From: Trichoplax adhaerens
Taxonomy: Eukaryota; Animalia; Placozoa
Reading direction: 5' to 3'
DNA: 64,000 nucleotides
Assembly: GCF_000150275.1 (NCBI RefSeq)
Contig: NW_002060954.1
Coordinates: 1,878,821-1,942,820, forward strand
Part shown: positions 25,592 to 37,978 of the stretch, piece after piece
Numbering within the stretch: the stretch's first letter is position 1
How the letters are laid out: the number at the start of each line of letters is the position of its first letter
Notes under the pieces: model-generated
The model's input: only the letters and a program-made list of their open reading frames with translations
What the model was told of the DNA's origin: nothing
The model's database searches: none
Position numbers and translations under genes: made by a program

Positions 25592-27469
25592 TACTGTACA
25601 GTACAGTACTGTGCTGAGCGGTATTGTACTGTATTGCACAGTACAGTACTGTACTGCAGGTTATAACCTCGGCGGTCAAATAACCCAAGTACAAAAGTAC
25701 CACCTAAGTCAAATAATAGGTTGTAACAAAGGGTTTTTACCCAAGTCAACAACAAGGAATCACGAATAACCCTTGTTTTTTTCAACAGTGATCATGGTGT
25801 TACCGGTATTACGACACGAGTTGTAAAAATGGTTAGACCGACCATGCATGTAACAGCGACTGATAGTTTGTATTAGAAACTTTAAAAAAATATAATTGTG
25901 TGATACTGTAATAAAAGTAATAAAAACATCAAGAGCCAATTACTCAAGGCTTTACTGATCTGTCTGCGTAGAATTTGAGCCAGAATTTAAAGACATAATT
26001 GAAGGCAACATAGCTGAACATCGTTCAACCAGTTCACAGGGCGTGGCGTGCCCCTGGAATAAAAATGAAATAAAATAATAGTGGTCCAATTACAGTACAG
26101 TACATACTGTACAGTACTGTACGCTTGCATCATCATTAAACTACAGTACTGTACTGTAGTAATGACGGTTACTACAGTACTGTACTGTACACTGTACACA
26201 GTACAGTACCGTAAATGGAGATGAGGAAAAATTCGAAAACCGGTTCGAACGTACTGGAGTGTAACCAGTACTAAGTATCAGTGTCAGTGTCACGTGTAAT
26301 ACAGCACAACGTGTGCTTATAACTGACTATAACTGAGTACTTTACCGAAATGGCACTACAGATAGAGTACGGCATTTGGACGGACAGACGCTTGACCTCA
26401 TTTCGTCATCAAATTGTGTCCAACACCTCGTTAAAAATTAGGAGTCAACTTATGACTATAGAAAAATAAAAAACTAGAAGTTTTAAAAGCTTGGCCGACA
26501 CGATTACTGTACTGTACAGCACTTGTACTTTACAGTAGTATGCAGACAGCCGATTCTGAATTGACTGATTTTTTCTAAATTAAGTAATTGATTGCATCCC
26601 ATTACCTACTGCTAAACCGCTGCATGGAAGATAGACGGACTTTTCTTACCAAATATAATGAGGTCATCAATATCGAAAAATGATTACTTACTTAGAATGG
26701 GTCTTCCATATCTGTTTTCTAAATCACTGGTTCTAATTTAAATAGCGTCTATGATCTTATAGAACTGCTTTTAAGTAGAATTTTGTAACAGATAATAAGA
26801 TTTAATGAAATATTTCTTAATGAAGAAAACATCAGTCAATTCAAAATCGACCTTTTGCATATTAAACTACTACCAAAACGAGGTATTTGGCAGATACGCG
26901 TATTTTGACGCAATGAAGTCGAAAATATCCGTCCGTCTGAAGAGCGATACAAATACTGTAATGAAGAAATGATGATCATGCAATACACTACAGTACAGTG
27001 CAATACTGTACAGTACAGTACATTGTACCGCATACAGTACTGTACACTGTACTGTACAGTACACTGTGTACAGTACAGTATACTGTACGTACAGTGTGCT
27101 GTAGTACTGTACAGTACAGTATGATATGATGACAGTCATAGGATCAATCTTTGAATAACAGTTTCGGCGGTTTCGTTATACTGTATGACACATTTTTACT
27201 GAAAATACATTTTGCAAAACTACAGTTAGTTTTCAGCTCCCGTAATTACACGATTTTCAAGTACGATTTGTACAATGAAAACTGACAATCTGATTTGGGA
27301 AGATTCAAATACAGTACTGTACAGTACAGTACTGTAATCTTCCTACAGGCGTTACAGATGTACTGTAACTACTGTACTGACCGCAGTGTGCGTAATGTCC
27401 GTACTGTAAGTAGTAAAGAAGAAGGAAGTTCCAAACACTGCTCACTAAATTGTAATGTACAGTACAGTA
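25592..27469. repeat. Five TACWG arrays upstream of cytochrome b5 (25592-25658, 26091-26212, 26505-26540, 26984-27121, 27310-27469)
   Basis: Directly visible 5-bp-periodic runs, e.g. tacactacagtacagtgcaatactgtacagtacagtacattgtacc at about 26984. Confidence 0.85.
26539..26861. mobile_element. Degenerate foldback/MITE-like element, about 46-bp inverted repeats with TA at each outer end
   Basis: 26539-26584 (tatgcagacagccgattctgaattgactgattttttctaaattaag) matches the reverse complement of 26816-26861 (tatgcaaaaggtcgattttgaattgactgatgttttcttcattaag) at 38 of 46 positions by manual alignment. Confidence 0.55.
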
Positions 27470-28762
27470 AATAAAAGATTTCCTTTTCGTTGCTGAATCT
27501 TCATTGTATCATTAAATAATGAGAGTATCAATGCCCATTTCCTACCTACTCACTTGCGTAATATTATACTTTAGTATAACTTCACATTTCCTTTGCATGC
27601 AACGTATTCCTTCTACATTGATTAATCATTTATTGTTTTCACATGACGGAATTTAAATTAAACTAGCTTGGTAAAGCTGATATAGTTAAAGGTTACAGTC
27701 TCTGAATCATTCAGATCTAATTTGACGAATCTAATGCATATTACCCTAAAACTAATTCTGCACCAGAGAAGTAAATTGTTAATCTTAGTAGAGCAACAGC
27801 AATGCAACTACTTTTGGAAGGTAGTATATTATGAATATTAGACCTATTTCAAATCATTCCACGCCATGTACAGATTAAACATACTGTACAATAATGTAAT
27901 ACCGACAGCTACCGTAGTCCGTTTTGTCTCTATCATGCACAATCAATAAGATTACACAGAGTACGCATAGTACTGTATAGCTTGCATTAAATTATTGAGG
28001 ATGTGCGTACTTATTTTAATTTAGGAAATATACAGTATGATATATTTAGTTTAATTTAAAGCCTGCATCATTTAGATGTTGTACAAGGCACCATAAAAAT
28101 TAGCGATTGCTTCATGGTTATATCACGCCGCCGCATGAATGATGATCGAGATAGTAAATAGCTGAAAAATTAAATTTATTTATTTACTATAAAATTAATT
28201 CATCTTACTGTTAGTTATAAAAATAATAATCTTAAAAATTTCAATTATTAAAAAAAAATAAAGGTCATCTTAGGTCGCTGCCACTCGTATACAATGTAAC
28301 ATTTACAACATTGTACTGTAGTCGGTTCTAGATTTAAAGTAATACTTGACATAGTCAAGACTATAAATATATACATTTATATTTCATACCACATCGTGAA
28401 GTACTATATTCTCGTCTAAAAAATAATTTTTGCACTAATAAATTCTGGATTCACTGCTATTGTCTTTAATAGATATACAGGCTACAGCATGGTATGAAAA
28501 TAATCAGTAAAGCGTAAGAAAAACTCTTAGGTATTGTTGATAAAATACGATAATATTATTCATCGAAAGTTGGCTATTCCATAATTGAAAGCGAATTTAA
28601 TATACAAAACTTTATCGTTTCATAAGATCCTTAATCTTAATAAATTTAGAGGTTATTTTCACATAATCAGAGAATGAAGAAACAGTCAGAAAACGGTAGC
28701 CGGGATTAAATCATAAGTCTTTATGTGATATAGGTATGATATGCTCTATGTAGATCGAATAT

Positions 28763-31402
28763 CTAGGCATCAGGTTGATGTTTATTGGAGTCTGTAATAT
28801 TTCTGCATCCCACACTACCTCTTCGGCTTTTCTTACGTTTTATTGCATCATTAATTCTTTGTATTAGTCTGATCGTTAAAATGATAGAGTAAACGGCAGT
28901 AACTGCTGCCATCATAAACGTCCAGCGATAGCATTTTAAGCCGTAACAGGTTAAACCATCACCTGGTCTGATGTAGAACTGGTAAATTGCTGCAAAAACA
29001 CGTTGATAAACGATTGTACCTGTTGCAGTACTTAGCATCATCCAACCCCAATTCCAACCAAAATTTCTGGTACCAAATAACTCACTTATCATAGTTGGTG
29101 TCAAACACCAAATCGATCCGAAGGAAGCTCCAATAACGATTGAATTTAATACTAATACAGCATAACTACCCAGGAAAAACATTGAAATAAATTGCATAAC
29201 AGCTAATAGTATCAACCAGAAAAGTAAAATAGTAGCTCGAGGGACTCTGTGAATAAGTCGGTCAGAGACGTAACCTGCGATAATACGGGCAACACAACTT
29301 GCCACAGGCGTTAAAGTCGATAGGAATCCATTATCTTTACCTAAATGAAAAGACTCTAAAATAGATGAGACGTTATTCATATAAGTCAAACCAACACCAC
29401 CACCAATATTAGCAATCCAAAATATATATTGGAAATCAAGATTGATTAGAATGGAAAAGCCACCCATATCACCAAGGATAGCGTCATCAGTATCTTTATC
29501 AGGTTCAAAGCATGAGTCATTCGATTTAGTTGATACACTATCTTGTGTACATACATTCACTGATAAAATTTCTTCATCAGGAGGTAATAATTTTAAGAAG
29601 ATTATTGCTAAAATATTAACAATGACGATTACAATTGCACACATTAAGAAGAATCCCTTGAGATTCTGTTTTTCTTCGTCGCCATTATCATGTCCGTTAA
29701 CAAATGAACCTGCGTAGATAGCAGCAAATATTGCCGCACTACCACCATACATTGCATCTACGCAACCAACCACGGTTCCTCGTAGCCGAAGAGGATAATT
29801 ATTGATTGTCGTCATTAAGCACGCCATGTATGTTATGGTGCTTCCTTGGCCTAAACAGTTGATAGTTACAATTTGTTGGTATATTAATAAAAAAGAAAGA
29901 ATTAAATCTTCACATTAAGTAGTCATACTCTTCTAGACTCCACAAGTAACGCCTGTTGTGATGATAGCATGTAAAATTGTAAATCACTTGTATATGTTAC
30001 GTGTTTTTAATGTCAGTTTGGTGCAATAGTTGTCATGGTAAAGTAATAATGATATTTGTATAAAAGATAGCGATAGTCTCCTAATAACTCGTATTTATAA
30101 TATATCTTTCACGTTTCACCTCGAAATGAAGTCAGACAGACTTGCCTTCAATTATAATTATTGGACAAACTTACATCGACTATATGCTACGTTACAGCAT
30201 ACTCGTACATGCAAGTAATATATTGTCCGTTCACTCCCACTTTTAATTTTAACCTATTGTAGTATTAGTAAGCCTTGCATACAATAGCAGCGAATGATAT
30301 ATTCACGTTTATAGATACTTGTTTGGCACTACGTTGCCTAAATTATAGGGTTTAAGAAAGTATTGTTGCTCACAGTGTTTCAGTGTCATAGTATAGATTA
30401 TGGTACAGCGCCTCTACTGATTGTGAGTCTTTTAGAAGGGTAGTTATTATGCGTTATAGTAGCAGTACTATTCTTACTAGATCTTTCGACAGATAAGGGT
30501 GGAAACTGTAGAAGTAACTCAAAGTAAGTGCTTTACGTTAGACTAGTAAATTTGTCAGTAAGTAGTCCATGACAATACTGTAGACCAGTGTCCTTAAAAG
30601 GCAACCCGAAACCCGACTCGAGGCGGGATTCGGGTGAAGAATTTCTGTAGCGATACAGCGTTTGTCTAGTGATTGCACTTATTTCGGGTTAGAAAATCAA
30701 CAATTTGATCGGGTTCGGGTTACGTTTTCACTCCATTGGAGGACTCTGCTGTAGACTGTTAGAGGGTAAGACTTGGTATCTCCACGGCCGATTCTAAGTC
30801 GAACTGCAATTTTCTCGTGCTCAACTGAATGGGACTGAGTCGTGAAGATAGCTAGCTAGTTAAGACTCAAGAGTACATTTTTATAACCGTAATTCAAGTA
30901 CTTTAAATGTAGATAATGCCCAAAGGGCTTGGTTGTTGTTGAAAAATTACTGTAAGCGCAAAATCTTATTAAATGTCATTATTCAATCATAAGCAATACG
31001 TACCGACAATAAAGTAGAAGAGACATTGCCAACCGTACGCTGTAGAGAAGTAATCTTTGAGTAAAACACTCATCCACATTAGCATGTATCCTGAGCTGTA
31101 AACAATCAGACCCAGGAAGGCAGTCCACTTCGGACCGTATCGATTGAAGAATATTCCTACCGGAAATCCTATGCAGGTGCCGACATTTCCCATTGCCGAA
31201 ATTGTTTCAACTGTGGTGTCCATTAGAAAGTAACATAATAAGATAAAATAGCATACGTATACATTAATTAAGTTAAACCAACAGTTATATATACAGCACT
31301 AGATTGCAATTTATTAACATTCTTATAACTACATCGAATCATTTTGTACGCCTGAATATTTATTTCTTTCACATGAAACATACGAACTCTTTTAACTATG
31401 AC

Positions 31403-31436
<34 letters not shown>

Positions 31437-32130
31437 CATTATTATGCATAATTAAATAGCGAAACTTCAATCGTTCAAATAGCTACCTAAGCACTACTGT
31501 ATATCTGATGATATACAACATTTTAAAAGTTTCAATTTGCACGATTGTTATGAAATTACCCATTTACTAACTATTCCACTGCATTAGCTACAGCTCAAGC
31601 TCCAGACTGCACAGTGCACAGCCCTAGCCTTTCTGCAACCTTAGAAGGTCAATGAGGATTCTAGACTTAGGAGTGGTGCAATTAATAATATTTTTTTAAA
31701 TATAAGAACTTACGCGTATGATTAATTAATTAATTTTTACTACTAATATGATTAGGTCTATTCTAAACATTACTGCTACTATATTGATATTCAATCTATA
31801 ACTATAGATTGAATACAATATATTACCGTGATCGCATCGTATACTGTAATAATTGGCCGTTAAGCAAAACATTGCAGAAAAGACTAGACTTTAACATAAA
31901 TACAGCAAAGTAAAGTACGCTACATGTACATTTGATACAATATGGATTATATTATTCCTTTGCAAGTACTGACCTTCCGATTGATCGTAACCGAAAGTCT
32001 TCTTGAAGGCTGGCTCAAAGGCACTAAAAGCATACAATGTACCACTTATCGCCATACCCATCAAAGCGACTATAAACGCTGTCGTTCGCCGAATCATCAC
32101 TCGATCATATCGGATCCTTGATAAATCCAT
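28763..32130 (-). CDS. Major facilitator superfamily transporter, Nodulin-like/NFD4/Mch1 type, 3 exons
   Basis: Exons 31974-32130, 31004-31210, 28763-29850 with consistent phases. About 12 hydrophobic helices. Motifs SGTLYAFSAF...GYDQSE, GFPVGIFFNRYGP, NNYPLRLRGTVVG, GYVSDR and PTMISELFGTRNFGWNWG. Confidence 0.88.
30586..30748. mobile_element. 163-bp non-autonomous hAT element (MITE) with 8-bp TSD, in MFS intron 2
   Basis: Identical flanks CTGTAGAC at 30578-30585 and 30749-30756. Termini CAGTGTCCT / AGGACTCTG form an 8/9 inverted match. Subterminal ACCCGA repeats on the left, TCGGGT repeats towards the right. Confidence 0.85.
31404..31433. repeat. (TAA)n microsatellite, about 10 units, MFS intron 1
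   Basis: taataataataataataataataataataa read directly. Confidence 0.9.
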
Positions 32131-32291
32131 AATTACTTGTATTTATCAAGCTTAAAGCAAGCGTAATTATAAGATTAGGAAAAAGATAAGTGCTTGTAAA
32201 TCTACTCTATCTATCTACAGGAATGAATGATACACCTACTGTAGGTTTAAGGTTATAACAAGGACTGTAAGACCTGCGAAGGCGCCTTGTA

Positions 32292-32826
32292 TGTACTGTA
32301 CACAGTGTACAGTAGAATGAAAAGCTTAATTAAATTAAAGTACTGTACAGATACAGTACAATACACGTACAGTACACTACAGTACAGTACTGTACAGTAC
32401 ACTACTTGACCAGACTCACTTTCAACTACAGTATAGTACAGTGTAGTTGTTTACCTTTACCTCTATGGTTTATTTGCCTACTAAACTCATGATAATCACG
32501 CTTCAAATCCCAAAGCCTGCAATGCTGGAAGTTTTATTTGCCGTTTGAACTTGACAGGACTTTACTGTACACTGTACAGTATGTAGATTCAATTACTGTA
32601 ATGCACATGTCTGAGGGGTCTGCTATACAGTACTGTACAGTACAAAGTTTTTATACGCGATTGTAAAGTATACAGTATACTGTACACTGTACTGTATTGT
32701 ACTGTATGCTGGTTAACTTTAACCTTTTCTGCTTTGACCTTATTATTATACAGTACAGTATATTTTACGTAAGGTATAAAATGTTTGTGTACCGTGATAT
32801 AGTACTGTACACTGTTATACTGTAAT
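32292..32826. repeat. TACWG arrays in the MFS/ZDHHC divergent intergenic region
   Basis: For example gtactgtacagatacagtacaatacacgtacagtacactacagtacagtactgtacagtac (32340-32400) and tacagtatactgtacactgtactgtattgtactgta (32671-32706). Confidence 0.85.
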
Positions 32827-33252
32827 AGTAGGTTGCGTATATGAAACAGAGGATTTGCTTTTCATCAGTCAGTGCTAGTCACCACTCACTCAGAGATAAT
32901 CAGTCGTCAATACCATCGTTACAGTCAGATGGCATGAAAGTTACTCCAGTCTCCAACAGTGATTGACCTAGAAATTCTCTAAGACAGCAGTCTATTAATT
33001 GGCTTTGGTTGCTTTTCAACATCATTTACGGTTGTTACTAAATTATAAAAATTGAAAAATTATTTATTGTACCGGCATATACGTACAGTGCAATAGTGTA
33101 TAACATACTGCGGTATTATACTGTACAGGACAGTTTATTCCTACTGGTGTTGCCGTATTTCTTCGCTTTAATCATCACTTTTTTGGAATGGTAACATTGA
33201 TTTGAACATTAGCACACCAGTTGGTCTTGTTAAGCATATTGTGGATACCAAT

Positions 33253-36200
33253 ATGAGAACTAAAAGCAAACGCTGGTTTATCAATGATTCATGTGGAATT
33301 TGTTGTGTAGTATTTACGTATCTTCTGATCTTCTTTGCCGAATGCGTAGTCCTCTTTGTGACTCTGCTTCCAGAATCCTCAACTTCTTCTACAGTGCATG
33401 CAATCATATATAATGTTCTAATCATCTTAGCTGTAGCGGCTCATTATAAGACCATGGTAACTGACCCAGTAAGTTTTAAAATTACCTTTACAAAACGGTG
33501 TAAAATACTGTAGACATACAGTACTGTATATTCAAACGGTTCTGATTATCATAATGACAATATTTTTATAGCTTCATTGTATCAAATTTGACACCATTTA
33601 TACCGCGTCGTAAGTGATATATTATAGACGTAGAATTCTTGCTATATAAACGTAATTAGTAATCACCATGATGATGTTCATCCAAGACCGACGATGAATT
33701 ACTAATATGCTATCGTGCGAGTAGTTGCCCTAATCACTATCGTTCCTGGTGCAGTGTTTAAATGCCCGGGTCCTTACATGGACCGTGACATTTATAGTTA
33801 TACTGTACGCATATGCAGTGGTAGTTCACACAGATTTACAGTATAGTACGACAAAGTAACATATTAATGTAGAATTACTTTTACTTTTAAGTGTACGCAA
33901 CATACATTTTAATGCTGCATAAAATGTTATATACTGTAGATCGTTGTTATAGTACTGTAAATTTTAAACCTTAATTCTTCTACCAAGATATCAAAAATCA
34001 GAAAATTTATTCCCCTTAATGTTACTGTATCCGTGTACACTGTATAGTGTATATGTTTCTGTTACACTGCACACATCTGTATACAAACTATTATAGTGAT
34101 ACTGTCAGTATTGCCAGTACCCGGTGTACTGAACACTTTTACAGTACTGTACAACGTAAGGTTTGCTGCAGTGGTTTCACTTACTCGCTGTACACCTGTA
34201 AGCGGTGAATTTGATAATTAGCAAAATTTAGGGTAAAACCACGGACCACTAAAAAGAAATTAGTCCGTGGTAAAACGGACAGTCGTGTACTACTAAATAC
34301 ATCGATGCAATTTAGTAGTCCATGATACAGTACAGTAATTTTAAGAACAAATTAACATGTGGCAAACTCTGATTTCTTGGAGATATGTCTATATACTGTA
34401 ATTATGAAAAGGGATGGCCTTCACGGGCCTCTATAATCATGATATTTTGGTATTCAACAGATGGCCTGGATAGCATTATGTTCAGCTCAGTATAATTTAA
34501 GAATAATTATTATAATAATTTGTTTAATTTCATTCACAGGCCTTTGTTTATATTATATAAATTGTAGAGTACTGCCAGCACACTACGCTCTACTACTTTA
34601 GTGTACGAGCAATACCATAGTTATGGATCCATGGATATCATGGCATTTTAATCTTTAACTGATAGGCGGCATTACAGATGGCAGGAGTGCTAATTAGTAG
34701 CCTAGTTTTGTTACTGAATTTACTTCACTAAGAGGTGTTATGAGTGTCGTAAAAGCTGGCATTTCTTGATTAATGTAAAAGATAGAAATGAATGATGTTG
34801 AGTACTGTACCTGTAAAAAGGAATGATGTTTGCTCACTTGATATGCTCGTAAATTTATCCTGAATAGGGTGCAGTACCAATCGGAAATGCAACGCCAGAA
34901 GCATTAAGAAATCTGAGAGATAATGGCAGTTTTCGTGATATGGTAGTCGTGAAATGTGTAAAGTGTGAATGTATAAAACCTGAGAGGGCGCATCATTGTA
35001 GGTAGGAATGAGATTTGTGGATCTGTTCATCAAGATATAGCGTTGTACAGTATTACAAATCGCTGTTATGTTAGATTACGCTGCCGCTCAGGTACTAATA
35101 ACTGTATTATCTGTCTTCACATTTCAGAGTTTGCAACCGTTGCATCCGGTAAGACTTTAATATTGTTGGGCTCTTGTATTCATATTTATGTTTACGTAGC
35201 ATAACACTCTTTTACGTGACAAAAAGCAGCATTTGCAATACAAAATGTAAATCAACACTGATGTATCGCAATATTCGCATCTCGAATCATAGAGCTATCA
35301 GAAATGTCTTAGTTCTATTTTGAATTTATTGCAACTTTTTTTTATTTAGTCATTGGTTATTCTTTAACGTGTTTCTAATTAAGTTTGATTGTTATACGAG
35401 TATATCTGAATACTATATTACATTAAAATGTACCGAAAAACTTATTCTTCTCCATATCATTATCTAACGATTCTTGAATGTATCATTATAATGCTAATGT
35501 AGAAAAATGGATCATCATTGTCCTTGGTAAGTGTTTTAGTTTCAGCATGAATTTAACTCTTTACCGGCTATCTGAAGACAAGTGCCTTAACATAACTTAA
35601 TCTTAATTTTTCGCTATGTCAATGTAACTCTGCATCTAGGGTTAATAACTGTGTTGGAGAGTACAACCAAAAATATTTCGTTTTGTTTACGGTAAGTTTC
35701 ACTGTAATAGATCAATACGTGAAATTCATTATAGATTAAAGAATATATTCATACAGTTTTGACCAAATATATGATCATCAGGTGATTGAATGTCAATTTT
35801 TAGAAAGATCTACAGTTTACGATTTGTTTTGCTTTACTTGCAGATGTATATATGCTTATCCTCAATTTATTCGATATTCCTGGGTATTCGGCATTTTATT
35901 ATTTGCCATAGTATCGAGGCTAGAAGTAAGTTAGGTTTAATAGCTTTTAGTATTATTGCAAGTCGATTCTAAAACTGTAGGGATAGTGCTTCCTGGATTT
36001 AAAAGCTGTCTTCCAATTTACACAGACTGTAAGCCATTTTCGCTGCCCGCAACCATCGTCTTTGTTGTTGCATTATTATTCGAAGGCCTACTTTTCGGAC
36101 TTTTTACACTGATAATGTGGTCTTCTCAGATGTATGCAATAGCTAATGATGAAACGGTCGGTCTCTTTGCTTAATACGTATGTTATTAAGTTCCTTATGA

Positions 36201-36539
36201 GCTTGCTATGGCATATTTATTCATTTTGTAAATATGATACACATTTAGGGCATTGAAGCTCTAAAAAGTAATAAGGATGGAGTTCAAAAGAAGGCTTGGT
36301 ACGATTGCTATTACTATAAATTCACTACAGCGGCAATGTTAATCTCTATAAATATTTTGATCAGAAGGACTTTTTATCAAAGATCAATATATGATGAAGC
36401 TTTGCAATTTTTTAAAAATTAATTTAGGCTTATGAACTTTAAAGAAGTCTTTGGTGGGTCATTTTCACTTCTATGGTTTTCTCCTTTTAATTCAGTTCAT
36501 TACAGGGGGAAAGAAGATGCAATGCATTACATAGTGTAG
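33253..36539 (+). CDS. ZDHHC3: DHHC palmitoyltransferase, ZDHHC3/7 (GODZ) type, 9 exons
   Basis: Exons 33253-33468, 34868-35001, 35128-35148, 35503-35526, 35640-35691, 35844-35925, 36026-36156, 36249-36298, 36428-36539. Spliced motifs [78 protein letters not shown] and [14 protein letters not shown]. Co-ortholog of ZDHHC3/ZDHHC7. Confidence 0.95.
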
Positions 36540-37978
36540 TTGACGCTACAGTTTTGTATTTGGCAACTCTTCGTCATAAACGGTTACTAGAGGGCGTATG
36601 GTAGCCTGCTACAGACGTCTATTTCCTCTAAATAGGAGTAAATTTCGCTGAATTATAGATATATATTGTTACCGAGGGTACAATTCTTTTATGATTAATA
36701 ATTTCAAAAACATACTATTTTTAAGACTCAGTAATTGGTACAGTACGGTACTAGTTTTATCGCGACATTGATAGATTTTTAGATTTTTTACAGTATCATT
36801 CTGTATTTCGCCGGGGACTCGCATGTTTGGCAATGAAAAGCCGAAAGAACGTATCATATATTGTTGGAAATATCGTTAATATGATGTAACGATTTATTTA
36901 ACAATAACACGTTATGCTAACCTTATGTAATCCGTACCAGATACGTATTTATTACTATTGTAGTGATTAAAAGTTCGTAGAAGAGACCTATAGCATACGA
37001 TGCGGATAAGTTCCAGTACTATCTTGTTACGATATTTGAGGTATCATTGAAAACACTTGCGAACATTGCAAATTTGAGTTGTAGTATATGCACCGTAGTT
37101 TCGCTATTTCATTTCACGGATTTGTTGTGGTGTAAAGAGCTGTTTCGATATTGTAGCCCTAAAATTAATTATTTTAAATTAATTATTATGTATAGACGCT
37201 TATTGCTGCACATTCCGTTCAATGTAACTCGGCTATGAAAGATGTACAGTAGATGATACTAGAGGTAGACTGTAGAGCTTACAGAATCTCTTTTATTTGT
37301 ACTACTAGTATCTGTGCATTTTGTATCCAAATCAAATCAATAAAATGTTAGGAACTCATAAAGGAAATGCGAACATTACATCAAGAAATTACAACGTGAC
37401 AGTGAATAAACAATTGAAGTGGTAGTACTACAGCTGGTGCGTGATAGTAGATATCTTCAATATGTAATAGTTGTATGCATTTGCAGTATATGCCTAAATC
37501 CATATCACCCTAATTAAGCAGAGTGGGGATTGAGTTTGAGTTAGCTAGACAACGGGAGTATAGTATACTGTACGCTTACAATACAGATCGTAAGATACGG
37601 CCAACTGTGATAAGGCGTCTAGTAACTGTTGTCACATGCATATAAAGGCATACGTATAATGCAATCAGGATCGGATTTCAGTAATTTCGTCGTCATGCGG
37701 CATAGACGATACCCGTACAGCAAACCATCGTTTGTGCAATACGATTAGAAACGAATCCTGGGTACTAATCTCTGGAAGTAGTCACAACTATTCGAGAACG
37801 TGATTGTTTTTATTGCGAATCACCAATTCTGGGTTTGAAGATTTATTTGGATGAGAAATAGCGCTACAATAAAATATATATACATTATTTTCCATTTATA
37901 AATCAAGCTGTACAGTATAACCTCCTCTTACAAAGTTATGGTAATGACTAATTTAATGTGAATGGGAAATCTTTGTTG

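Noticed and set aside
26280-26670. TGATGA/CTGA boxes suggesting C/D snoRNAs, and GGTTCGAA (about 26242) suggesting a tRNA
   Set aside because: No terminal stems, proper box spacing or cloverleaf could be built.
25591-27139. ORFs rich in YSTVQYCTV (25591-25785, 25987-26199, 26836-27033, 26870-27139)
   Set aside because: These are translations of the TACWG arrays, which lack stop codons; there is no protein-like content.
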